Assembly: GCA_964057225.1 (NCBI GenBank)
Contig: OZ059898.1
Coordinates: 10,106,001 to 10,170,000, forward strand
DNA: 64,000 bases
Source: Auanema rhodensis
Taxonomy: Eukaryota > Animalia > Nematoda
Reading direction: 5' to 3'
Shown: positions 34,877-45,132 of the stretch, one piece after another
Layout: the number at the start of each line of letters is the position of its first letter
How positions within the stretch are numbered: the stretch's first letter is position 1
Made by a program: the position numbers and the translations under genes
The notes under the pieces: generated by a model
Seen by the model: only the letters and a program-made list of their open reading frames with translations
Database searches by the model: none
Told to the model about the DNA's origin: nothing

Positions 34877-35213
34877 CGTTCCATTCGGAAATCAATACGT
34901 AGCAGGCGGGTTAGAATCAGACGACATGAGGCTGAGAGAGGACGACACGCCCTTCATATGGAACACAGACTTCAGCTTTGCCTTATGGAATGACTATGGA
35001 TGGTTGGTCTTCCTTTCTTAGCTCTCTTTCACTTTATATCTTTATGTAGACTTATATAACTTATTGTAATCATGTAGACATAATAAACCTTTCTTTCTCG
35101 AGTCTTATGTTTATCCATTATGCTCTTTATCTACCGCTACATCTGGAATACTATCACACTCATCTTGTAGGCTTTATTGGTCTATAGGATCGACGTGAGA
35201 GCATAACGGAACG
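34877..35213 (+). repeat. E3 3' LTR
   Basis: Direct repeat of 22645-22981, preceded by a weak PPT-like GAAAAAATGGCA. Confidence 0.97.
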
Positions 35214-35807
35214 TCTTGTTTACTAATTTGATTATAACACTTGAAATTCCAACAAAAGTAAAGTAAAACTGTTAAAGCGAGTAAAACTGTTGAACAATTT
35301 GAAGACAATTGTAAGTTGAAGAATAAAATTAAAGTTTAGCTCTCTCTACTATTAACTGAATGTCGGCTAAAATATGGTAACAGTTTTTATTAAAAGTTTC
35401 CATGATTAAGATTAAACAAAGAAAAAAAATCAAAGAGAAACACTTCTTGTTTACTAATTTGATTATAACACTTGAAATTCCAACAAAAGTAAAGTAAAAC
35501 TGTTAAAGCGAGTAAAACTGTTGAACGATTTGAAGACAATTGTAAGTTGAAGAAAAAAATTAAAGTTTAGCTCTCTCTACTATTAACTGAATGTCGGCTG
35601 AAATAAGGTAACAGTTTTTATTAAAAGTTTCCATGATTTAGATTAAACAAAGAAAAAAAATCAAAGAGAAACACTTCTTGTTTACTAATTTGATTATAAC
35701 ACTTGAAAATCCAACAAAAGTAAAATAAAACTGTGAAAGCGGGTAAAACTGTTGAACTAAAACAGTCTTTATAAAATATAAATGATATATTTTTATAAAA
35801 GTGAAGT

Positions 35808-35878
35808 TGCATCGGCCGGGAATCGAACCCGGGTCGCCCGCGTGGCAGGCGAGCATTCTACCACTGAACCACCGATGC
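35808..35878 (-). tRNA. tRNA-Gly: tRNA-Gly(GCC)
   Basis: Identical to the consensus copy. Confidence 0.97.
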
Positions 35879-36439
35879 TTCGAAAATTTTAGATTGTTTC
35901 CGAAAAATTATGAAAAGTCAAGTTCTACTGATTTGAAGAGAATTGTAAGTTTTAGAAAATAATTAAAAATTAGTTCTCTCTACTATTAACTGATTGTCGG
36001 CTAAAATATGGTAAAAGTTTTTATAAAAAGTTTCCATGATTAAGATTAAACAAAAAAAAAATCAGAGAGAAACACTTCTTGTTTACTTACTTGATTATAA
36101 TACTTGAAATTCCAAAAACAGTAAAATAAAATTGAGAAAGCGACAAAAACAGTTGAACGATTTGAAGACAATTGTAAGTTGAAGAATAAAATTAAAGTTT
36201 AGCTCTCTCTACTATTAACTGATTATCGGCTGAAATATGGTGACAGTTTTTTTTTAAAAGTTTTCATGATTAGGATTAAACAAAAAAAAGAATCAAAAAG
36301 AAACACTTCTTGTTTACTTATTTGATTATAACACTTGAAATTCCAACAAAAGTAAAGTAAAACTGTAAAAGCGAGTAAAACTGTTGAAATAAAACAGTCT
36401 TCATAAAATATAAATGATATTTTTTCATAAAAATGAAGT

Positions 36440-36510
36440 TGCATCGGCCGGGAATCGAACCCGGGTCGCCCGCGTGGCAGGCGAGCATTCTACCACTGAA
36501 CCACCGATGC
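36440..36510 (-). tRNA. tRNA-Gly: tRNA-Gly(GCC); E4 is inserted 50 bp upstream
   Basis: Identical to the consensus copy. Confidence 0.97.
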
Positions 36511-36560
36511 TTCGAAAATGTTAGATTGTTTCCGAAAAATTATGAAAAGTCAAGTTCTAC

Positions 36561-36931
36561 CGTTACATATTGTTTCTTCCCGTCTTTTCATGGTCGGAAG
36601 ATATATGTACTTCTACCTTGTTCCTTAGGTAGGCAGACCCGAACGCCCCAATTTCCTTATTAAGACAAATACTTAAAGAGAAAAGGATTCATTAAGAAAA
36701 TACAATATAAGAATTACATTAAGAAAGAATATAAAGAGATATAATAAAGTATTAAATAGAGTATATATATAGATGATATAGAGATGAGACTCACATGGCT
36801 ATAAGACAACCTATCTGGGTTAGGCCAGAAGCAAGAGTGCCATGTGTGTCCCATGTTGTAGGCGGGGCTTGTTCAGGCTCCCGCTATTTGAATAGCGCGC
36901 ACATGTTTACCATGTGCTTGCAGATGTGACA
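36561..36931 (-). repeat. E4 3' LTR
   Basis: Direct repeat of 46285-46655; termini TGTCAC...GTAACG on the element strand. Confidence 0.97.
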
Positions 36932-36943
36932 TCCCCCCACCTT
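36932..36943 (-). promoter_or_regulatory. E4 polypurine tract
   Basis: AAGGTGGGGGGA abutting the 3' LTR. Confidence 0.85.
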
Positions 36944-37533
36944 AAAAAGTTGAACGTCCTCGTTCAAAAACAAAATAAATTAATTCACTTTTTAAGATAG
37001 TTGGGTGTTGGAAAAAAAAAATCATGGTGTAGTGGATAAAAAAATAATGTATACAATACGATTTGAAAGTTTAGCTATTGTCTCTTCAAGTTTGTTGAAT
37101 TCAAAATGTAGTATCGAATAGATTCTATTCCATTCACTTGAGTAGTGAAATGCTTGCAAACGAGAGCTTCGCTTCTAAACCATTCGACTGTGATATAGTC
37201 GTTCATTTTCTCGAGTTGTACAGGTACGGTGTTACCCTGAGAATAGGTCGAGCCCGTTCTGTACAAAAAAATGAAAACTCGTTTAACCCGTATGACTAAT
37301 GTCCATAAGGTGAATACAAGTAATGATTAAACATAAAAAATAGCAAAATTCACAAGAGAATGTTGAAAAAAAAATCTACTCAATGAGAGTTGGAGTAATA
37401 AAACAAACTTTTGTAAAACAATAGCAGACTTCTCAGAGAAAATCAATCAACAACAAAGAAGTGGTACAATCAGAAATGGCACAAAATAAAATAAAAAAAT
37501 TTCAACAATTTGATTTTTTTAAAAAAACTACCT

Positions 37534-40500
37534 TCAAGAAATTGTGATAACCGGAATAGATGTTGTCCGTTGGTAAGGTTTGACGAAGTCCTTGTGTACT
37601 CTTCTGCTCTTTTCTTTATCTGTTTGAACCACGACGAAAGATCTTTGAACTGCTGTAACTAAATAAGGCCCTTCGAATGAAGGTGTTAGTTTGTTTCGAG
37701 TAGAATTCACTTTTATCATAACTAAGTCATTAACCTGAATTTCTTTATTTTGTGTTCTATTTCGTGTATTGTCCCGTTGTTCATTCTTCTTTGTGCATGT
37801 TTCAATTCTATCTTTTACTATATTAGATGTGCTTTCATTTTGTATTAGCGATCTATTGACAAAATCTTCTGTAGGATTGGCTGGTTCTTCAGTTTGAAGA
37901 TTATTTCCAGGCAATTGATGGTCAATAGGAAGTCTTGCATCCCGACCAAATAATACAACATATGGACTAATAGATGTTGATGAGTTTGGTAACGTATTGA
38001 TCGCAAACATAACTTTAGGTAGGTGTATATCCCAGTTAGTTTGTTGTTCATTCACGAATGAAGAGAGAGCTTCTTCTAAAGTTCTATGAAGTCTCTCCAC
38101 TTGTCCATTAGCATTTTTATGATATGGTAGCGTAGTAGTGTGTTCAATTCCAAATTGTTTACACATAGCTTGAAATTCAGATGACAAAAAGCTACTACCA
38201 TTATCGGTTATCATACTCATTGGTGGTCCATATATGAAAACAAATCTAATTACAAACGCTTTTGTGATTTCAGTAGCCGTTTGTGTTATTAATGGGCAAG
38301 TTGTTCCCCATTTACTAAAAGCGTCTTGAATACTCAAGATGTATCGATGTCCATCATTAGTGCGAGGTAAAGGACCTAGTATATCTACATGAATACGATC
38401 AAATGGCTTTTCGGGTATAACAAATCTTCCCATAGGTTGAATATACGATTGGTGTGGGTTAGATTTCCTACTTGCACATTTTGTACAACGATTAATAAAT
38501 TCAGTTATTTGTGGAACCATATTAGTCCAAAAGAATCGTCGTCGAATCGCATCAGTAGTTTTATTTATACCTAGGTGTGCACCAATTTTGGAATCTTCAT
38601 GAAAAAACTTGATAACAACATCAGTTATTTTGTCGTTACGAGGCAAAATAATAGATGGTTTCAAATAATTTTTCGCTTGTTTTGCATGTAATATGCCTTC
38701 TCGTTCTTCATACCGGTCTGATATATTAGCCGGACAGTTATCATTATTAATTTGAGAAAGTGCTTCGCGAATCCAGGGAACTCCAGCTTGAACTTTCCGT
38801 ATTTCTTCACAATTTAGTTGGTCAATAGAAGAAATAGTTGTGATATGAGCAATAAAAGCATCAACAGGTTTTACTTTGTCCTTTGGTTTAGTAGGACGAC
38901 TGTCATTTGCTTCGTTTCCTATATACCTGGAGAGAGCATCACAGACACTGTTTAATTTGCCAGGACGATATTCAATCTTTATGTTGAAATCTTGTATCAT
39001 TAGTTGATACTTGGCTAATCTACCTATGAGATCTTTACGCGACATTAAACTGGTTAATGGTCGGTGATCTGTGATAACTGTGGTAGGTACTCCTAATACA
39101 TAGGTACGGAATTGTTGAAGAGCAAAGACTAAACCGAGTGCTTCAACTTCAATAGGAGGATATTTCCGTTCCGCTGGAGTCAACTTTCTACTAGCGAACG
39201 CAATCGGGTGTAATGGAGAATTTTTCTCTGCTGATTGCAATAAAACTGCTCCCACAGCGATCATACTGCCATCACTTTCTATAACAAAAGGTTGGTCTGC
39301 TTTAGGAGGTTTCAGTACAGGGGCAGTACACAGTAATGTTTTTAAAGTTTCAAATGCGTCTGCATGTTCCGATTTCCACTCAAAAGGAGTATCCTTATGT
39401 GTTAACTTATACAATGGCTCAGCTATTCCGGCATAATTTTGAATAAACCGTCGAAAATAGTTAGTCATACCTAGAAAGGATCTGACAGCCGTAACTGTGC
39501 TTGGATTTGGAAATTCGGAAACAGCCTGTATTTTAGCAGGATCTGGTTTAACACCATTTCTACCTATTATAAAACCCAAAAACTTTACTTCAGTGGCTGC
39601 AAAGCAACATTTAGATAACTTAATTTTTAACCCTAGTTCAGTGACCTTTTTCAGCACTTCTTGTATATCTCTTAAATGTTCTTCAGCTGAGTTCGAAATT
39701 ATTAGCAAATCATCTAGATATACAAACAGTTTGCATCTAACAAGAGATTGCAAGTATCGTACTGCGGATTGAAAAGTGTGTGGCGCTCCACACAATCCCA
39801 TAGGCATTCGGCAATACTGATAGGTACCTGATGGAGTGGTAAAAGCAGTTAAGTATCTATCTGAGCGTTTCAACGGTATTTGGAAGAAACCAGAAATGAG
39901 ATCAAAATTCGAAAAGAACTGAGCTCCAGCCGCTAAGTCTATGATATCAGGAATGTGTGGGATGCTGTATGTTTGTTTCTTAGTAACACTATTCAATGCT
40001 CTAAAGTCAGTAACGAACCGGAAAGAATTATCTTTCTTTTTCACAAGAACAACCGGACTAGTGAAAGTAGCCGTCGAATTTTCGATTATACCTTGCGACA
40101 ACATTTCTTTCACTTGCCGTTCTACTTCTTCTTGCTTACCCAATGGTACTCTGTAAGATCTACTTTTTGGAAAATCCATATCAGATCTTATAGGAATGGC
40201 ATGTTCAACTGGTCCGCAAAAGAGACCAATATTATGATCATGGTTGAAAAATGCCGTTTGGTTTTCCTTAATGATTGTGATCAGATTTTTCTTCATTTTA
40301 TGAGACAGAGTGCAAGAATTGAAGTTCAAATCATCCAAAAGATGCTGAGGAAAAGTTGGTAACTTATCTTCCCAATCAGCTTCAGGTGGAACATAATCGT
40401 TCATAATTTCTTTAGATGCTATAAGTCCTGAACCAATGTGGTCATTTTTATTAATTTTAATTGGCTTTGAAGAATTGTTTGATACTACCATAGTAATAGG

Positions 40501-43500
40501 AAAAGGTCCTATGGCGGCATCTGGAATTGATATAGGACCTGTGCTAGATTTTAAAAGAGCATATTGATCAAAATCTAATTCTGGTCCTGTTTGCAAAGAT
40601 ATGTGGGAGGTACTATGTGGTGGAACTGTTACTGTGGACAAACTTATGATATTTACTGTTTTAGTTGTGGTTTTATATGCAAAACAACCAGGTTTTACTA
40701 AGGGTGTTTCCATATTACCAACAATCAACTTTCCTTTACATAGTTTTAATGTAGTAAATATCTCTCTTTCTTCCAACGTACGCATAAAATCAGTACCAAG
40801 TAACATTTGTCCTGGACAGTCATTGTCTTCAGATATTAAAAATTCGTGTTCCACTTGGTAACCTGCTATACCCACATCTAACTTGCATTTTCCCACAAAG
40901 CGAAACTCTGATCCATTTGCAGTGGATGCAGATTTAGAATATTTTGTAAAATATTGTCTTCCAATATATGCCAATGTGGAGAACGGAATATATGAGACCG
41001 TAGCTCCAGAATCCCATAATGCTAACAGTCCTCTACCTTCAATGTCAATATGAACAAACGGTAACATGTGTCCATTTTTCTTTGTTGTTGTGTGACATAC
41101 AAAAGGTATGGCTAAAGGAATGTAAGTTATTATGGTGGGAAAATAGCTCCGCATCAATTCATCACTAACTGTTTCATGAATCTCATCTCCCTCAAGTGGT
41201 GGAGCTGTTGGGCTCAACATGATATGGTTTATTTTTAACATAGAAGTAGGGGAGAGATAACATTTTATAGTGAAATATAATGCTATCATTAGACATAATA
41301 TCAGAGTTATACAACCGATGGTAATGAGTGTTCGTTCAATTGAACCTATACAAAAGTCAATGAACAGATCCCAATTGGAGAAAACAATTTTCCTGGCATC
41401 TCTTATAAGTTTACTTCCTTTGAAGATGAAAGAGGAAATTTGAGGCCAATCACGTGAACGAGAAATTACGCGGAGAAGATCATGGTGAGGTGAAGTAGAT
41501 AAACTATAACCATAAGTTAATCCAATAGATAGGGCTAAGGATTTTTCAGTCGAATTTTCAAACAAATTCCGCCCTGTGAATCGAAGTTTACTCAATTCAG
41601 CATAATGATCATGTTTTTCTGAATGAATACTATCTACTTTATGTGTGTCACCTTTATAATCTCTCCATGTTCCATTTTCATACCAAATTTCTGTCTCTTT
41701 GTGTTCACAATTGATCTCATGTCCTTCAGTGCTCAAATCGTAGCTATCGATAGGAGCAAAGAATAATTGTTTATCGTGTGTTAAAACAGGGGTCTCTGCA
41801 TAACATTTATCATTGTAAGAATGATTACGATAAATGAAATGTGGTTCTATTTCCTGACAAGTTGTTATTTTTAAAACATTTCTTCCAACAAATCGGGCAA
41901 CGATATCATCCCGCTGAAGCATAGCTCGTACTCCTATTGTAGGATGTATACGTAATATAGCTTGCCAGCTTTTTACAGTTTCCATTTGAGATTTACAGAT
42001 GGTATGAAACTGTTGATGAAATTCGTCAATTATGGAGAGACGCGCTTTCTCAAACCCATAATTCAACTTATTATCTATTATCGTTTTAGTTTTATGCTCT
42101 GATTTGTGGAGAACATTGTCATATACTTCTGCTACATACAACTCTCGACCTCTCTCGTACGCATTAGGGGTAGGAGTTGTTAAACTACGAATTGTAGTTT
42201 TGGTGGAAGTTATTGGGGTTACAGTAGTATGCTGTACCATATTTTTATCAGTTGTGATTTGAGTTTTAACCCAACTTATGAATTCTAAAACTTCTGTTTT
42301 ATTGAATTTAGGATTTTCCTGTGGGTATTCGATGGACTGTGGAGGAAATCCATAATATGCTGTACTATTCTTTGTATAAAGGTTGTGATAGTCAGGCAGC
42401 TTGGATATAATTGCTAAATCTTGCTCTTGGTTATTTCTAACAGTAGCATCAGCTTTTTGTTGTCGACTGACTTGCATGTCGCGAGATATTTGTTCTTTTC
42501 CCGATTGTTGTTGGATCATGAATAACATGCCTTGAGCAGTTGCAATAATTTCAGATTGATTCATATTTCCACTGCGTTGTAATATAGATGGATATAAGGC
42601 TCTTGCCAACTGTTCGATTGATGGAACTGTTTGTGTACCATCAAGAATTGTGGCTTGATATACTACTGCGTGAGCCATTCCTCGAAAGAAATCTTCTATG
42701 GATGTTGTAGATTTCATCAAAGATCTTTTTAACCGAGGAACTTCTATACGACGAGCTACTTGAGTGATAAGATCATCCAATTTCATGCTATTAATCACCT
42801 GTCTAGTAGCCAGTTTAATTTCCTCTATACCCATACATTGTAAAATCAAAAGATTGGGATCTTTGAAATTATTAGACTTTGCCCAGTTAGTTATGTGATC
42901 TTTTGTCAATCCTAAACTAACAATTGTGTCAATGAACAGTGGATTATCTATCGCGAATTGGAGCAAACTCTCATAAGATGATGTAGCTGCATATCTCATA
43001 TATTTTGCGTAAAACTTAGTGATAGATGCAGATCCAAAAATGAAAGTAGGTCTTAGAAATGGAAACGCATATGGTTGGGATTTCGCATTAACAAAAAGAT
43101 AATCATCACTGAAAGAGCGATGTTTTTGAGGTAATGCATTACGTTTATTTCTGCGTCTATCAGCATTAAGCAAAGTATTGGAAAGATCAAGCAAATTATA
43201 AACACGGGGATATGCTGTGAATCGGATAATTGCCTCAGAGGATGATTGAAAAACAGCGAATTCGAAACAAGATTGAACGTGAGCGGATGTGGAATGATTT
43301 TGGAGAACAAAAGCGCTTTCAATAGAGTGAACTAGAAGAATATGATCACCCAACATGGCGGAGAAAGGGCCAAGTTTTTGATAGTGACAGACAACTGATG
43401 GGATAGGTGGTTGCCAGATAACTGCACCTTCACCAGTTGCACAAAACCCTTCATTTCCTTTACAATTATCAGTATTTATAAATAAGTCTGATACAATGTG

Positions 43501-45132
43501 ATCTTCTTTCAATCTAGTTATTATCCCTCGCTTCAATACAAATTGTTCAATTTCTACACATTCTTCAGTGGACCAAGAGCGAGTTGGATTATGCTCGTTT
43601 AATGGTGTTTCAAAAACTGAATGCTGTTGGGCATTCATGATTTTATCATTCCACATACGATTTCTATGTGCTCGAACACAATCTTTCTTATCTACTGTTT
43701 CAATATGAGAGAATGTGGTGTTACGATCTCTCAAAAACATGAAATCTCTCACACAGCTTTTATACTTTTTCACATAGCATTTCCATGCTTCCCATGACTC
43801 TATCTCAGCCTTTGGTAGATATATTTCTACCTCAACACTGTGAGCCTTTTCAATTTCTGCCTTATGGCAGCCTGTGACCACAGGAGGTGTTACTAATATA
43901 CCCCCTTCAGATTGAGCGCAAATCTGATATTTTGCCGACCCAAAGGGAAGGCATGAGAGTGCCAATAAAGTCAGGCACAACGTGACCGGTGGCATGAATG
44001 GGGTCGCTACGCTGTATACCCTTGAGTTACCATTCCCATTGGCTGATGGTCTTTGTCTTCTTGGGGAACTAGGCCTAGGGTTCCAAGACGAGCTATTGGC
44101 ATTTCTGCCATTCGCAAATGGGCGGTTTCCCGGGTTAGGACGCCTATTCATATTCCCGTTCTGCGAGTTATTATTATTATAACGTACGGCAGAAGGTCGC
44201 TCTCTCTCTCGCTCATAATCATTAGAGCCATTATTGTGCTGAGTCCAGTTATTATTTTTTTTATAATTTTTATAATTTTTATTATTATTATTATTCCTAC
44301 TTCTTTCTCTTTCTTCACTAAAGCTTAATTTATGCTGTAAAGCATTTATGAGCTCCTTCAAGGTGCTAGTGTCTTCATTTCTTTTCATGAAGCTATTTCG
44401 AACGCCTTCTTCAAACCTAGCTAATTTCTTAGCTTGTTCATAAGTGGCGGGGTTTTTAGTTAAAACCGCAATACCCAGCTCCTCTTTTAAACCATTTAAA
44501 AATGCCGTTTTCAACATTGGTTCCCGCTCGGGATCCATTGGTGACATTATGGTGCTTGCCATTCTCTCTAATTCCATACTAAAATCAAGAACAGATTTAT
44601 CTCCTTGTTGTACTCGATGAATAAGCGCTATGGTGAAATTTTTATCAGTTTTAGGCGCTAAAAGCTCAGTGAGCTGATCCATCAAAACAATCCATGGGCC
44701 ATTAGTTCTTATGCCACTAGGAATACTATTATACAAGGAGAGAGCTGTTTCATTTGATTCCAAAAGAAGAGGCAAAATTAATAGTCTCTCAGGTAAGCTT
44801 AGATTCATAACATTAAAAAATCTATTTAAAGATTCAACAAAAGAACGAAAGCTACGAGAGCCGTCATACCTGGGACAGAGATGGCAATTTAAAATAGTTG
44901 CCATATTTCTAGAGGGTGGAGCAACATTAGAATTAGGAGATGGAGAGGTAGGAGTCATTTTTCTTTCAAAAGCTTTAGTTATAGCAGCGGCCCACCGACT
45001 TGGTGATCTATTTCGTACTTCAGTAGGTGCCCGAGGTGTTTCCTCAGTGATGGCCTTTCTGCTTTTACTTCTCGTTCTAATTGTCAGAGAAGAAGAATGA
45101 GAAGAAGAAGAGGAATCACCTTCTTCTCTCAA
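37534..45132 (-). CDS. gag-env-pol: E4 polyprotein: Gag - signal peptide - class III-like glycoprotein - TM - PR - RT - RNase H - IN
   Basis: CPRYDGS and FLNGLK (Gag); VTLCLTLLALSCLPFGSA|KYQIC; RRNKR; IHPTIGVRAMLQRDDIVARFVG; TM TLITIGCITLILCLMIALYF; LWDSGA; YLDD (39709-39720); ESDGS; HVDILGP, TDNGSSF, GQVERLH, FEGPY. The track start codon is TTG. Confidence 0.96.
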   Translation of the reverse strand: MREEGDSSSSSHSSSLTIRTRSKSRKAITEETPRAPTEVRNRSPSRWAAAITKAFERKMTPTSPSPNSNVAPPSRNMATILNCHLCPRYDGSRSFRSFVESLNRFFNVMNLSLPERLLILPLLLESNETALSLYNSIPSGIRTNGPWIVLMDQLTELLAPKTDKNFTIALIHRVQQGDKSVLDFSMELERMASTIMSPMDPEREPMLKTAFLNGLKEELGIAVLTKNPATYEQAKKLARFEEGVRNSFMKRNEDTSTLKELINALQHKLSFSEERERSRNNNNNKNYKNYKKNNNWTQHNNGSNDYERERERPSAVRYNNNNSQNGNMNRRPNPGNRPFANGRNANSSSWNPRPSSPRRQRPSANGNGNSRVYSVATPFMPPVTLCLTLLALSCLPFGSAKYQICAQSEGGILVTPPVVTGCHKAEIEKAHSVEVEIYLPKAEIESWEAWKCYVKKYKSCVRDFMFLRDRNTTFSHIETVDKKDCVRAHRNRMWNDKIMNAQQHSVFETPLNEHNPTRSWSTEECVEIEQFVLKRGIITRLKEDHIVSDLFINTDNCKGNEGFCATGEGAVIWQPPIPSVVCHYQKLGPFSAMLGDHILLVHSIESAFVLQNHSTSAHVQSCFEFAVFQSSSEAIIRFTAYPRVYNLLDLSNTLLNADRRRNKRNALPQKHRSFSDDYLFVNAKSQPYAFPFLRPTFIFGSASITKFYAKYMRYAATSSYESLLQFAIDNPLFIDTIVSLGLTKDHITNWAKSNNFKDPNLLILQCMGIEEIKLATRQVINSMKLDDLITQVARRIEVPRLKRSLMKSTTSIEDFFRGMAHAVVYQATILDGTQTVPSIEQLARALYPSILQRSGNMNQSEIIATAQGMLFMIQQQSGKEQISRDMQVSRQQKADATVRNNQEQDLAIISKLPDYHNLYTKNSTAYYGFPPQSIEYPQENPKFNKTEVLEFISWVKTQITTDKNMVQHTTVTPITSTKTTIRSLTTPTPNAYERGRELYVAEVYDNVLHKSEHKTKTIIDNKLNYGFEKARLSIIDEFHQQFHTICKSQMETVKSWQAILRIHPTIGVRAMLQRDDIVARFVGRNVLKITTCQEIEPHFIYRNHSYNDKCYAETPVLTHDKQLFFAPIDSYDLSTEGHEINCEHKETEIWYENGTWRDYKGDTHKVDSIHSEKHDHYAELSKLRFTGRNLFENSTEKSLALSIGLTYGYSLSTSPHHDLLRVISRSRDWPQISSFIFKGSKLIRDARKIVFSNWDLFIDFCIGSIERTLITIGCITLILCLMIALYFTIKCYLSPTSMLKINHIMLSPTAPPLEGDEIHETVSDELMRSYFPTIITYIPLAIPFVCHTTTKKNGHMLPFVHIDIEGRGLLALWDSGATVSYIPFSTLAYIGRQYFTKYSKSASTANGSEFRFVGKCKLDVGIAGYQVEHEFLISEDNDCPGQMLLGTDFMRTLEEREIFTTLKLCKGKLIVGNMETPLVKPGCFAYKTTTKTVNIISLSTVTVPPHSTSHISLQTGPELDFDQYALLKSSTGPISIPDAAIGPFPITMVVSNNSSKPIKINKNDHIGSGLIASKEIMNDYVPPEADWEDKLPTFPQHLLDDLNFNSCTLSHKMKKNLITIIKENQTAFFNHDHNIGLFCGPVEHAIPIRSDMDFPKSRSYRVPLGKQEEVERQVKEMLSQGIIENSTATFTSPVVLVKKKDNSFRFVTDFRALNSVTKKQTYSIPHIPDIIDLAAGAQFFSNFDLISGFFQIPLKRSDRYLTAFTTPSGTYQYCRMPMGLCGAPHTFQSAVRYLQSLVRCKLFVYLDDLLIISNSAEEHLRDIQEVLKKVTELGLKIKLSKCCFAATEVKFLGFIIGRNGVKPDPAKIQAVSEFPNPSTVTAVRSFLGMTNYFRRFIQNYAGIAEPLYKLTHKDTPFEWKSEHADAFETLKTLLCTAPVLKPPKADQPFVIESDGSMIAVGAVLLQSAEKNSPLHPIAFASRKLTPAERKYPPIEVEALGLVFALQQFRTYVLGVPTTVITDHRPLTSLMSRKDLIGRLAKYQLMIQDFNIKIEYRPGKLNSVCDALSRYIGNEANDSRPTKPKDKVKPVDAFIAHITTISSIDQLNCEEIRKVQAGVPWIREALSQINNDNCPANISDRYEEREGILHAKQAKNYLKPSIILPRNDKITDVVIKFFHEDSKIGAHLGINKTTDAIRRRFFWTNMVPQITEFINRCTKCASRKSNPHQSYIQPMGRFVIPEKPFDRIHVDILGPLPRTNDGHRYILSIQDAFSKWGTTCPLITQTATEITKAFVIRFVFIYGPPMSMITDNGSSFLSSEFQAMCKQFGIEHTTTLPYHKNANGQVERLHRTLEEALSSFVNEQQTNWDIHLPKVMFAINTLPNSSTSISPYVVLFGRDARLPIDHQLPGNNLQTEEPANPTEDFVNRSLIQNESTSNIVKDRIETCTKKNEQRDNTRNRTQNKEIQVNDLVMIKVNSTRNKLTPSFEGPYLVTAVQRSFVVVQTDKEKSRRVHKDFVKPYQRTTSIPVITIS

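Larger units (their letters stand above)
22645..35213 (+). mobile_element. E3: full-length Ty3/Gypsy LTR retrotransposon with a glycoprotein between gag and pol; internally rearranged
   Basis: 337-bp LTRs with no difference seen, TCTT TSD (22641-22644 / 35214-35217), PBS, and PR-RT-RH-IN order. Paralogous empty target sites exist in the array near 50575 and 51905. Confidence 0.97.
35214..36560. repeat. tRNA-Gly / satellite array, segment 3
   Basis: Same monomer and cassette. Confidence 0.97.

Noticed and set aside
31396-45100. Antisense and alternate-frame ORFs overlapping the polyproteins (e.g. 31396..31848, 39955..40362, 44711..45100; also 24597..25151)
   Set aside because: They are shadow ORFs of long coding regions, with no independent signals or motifs.
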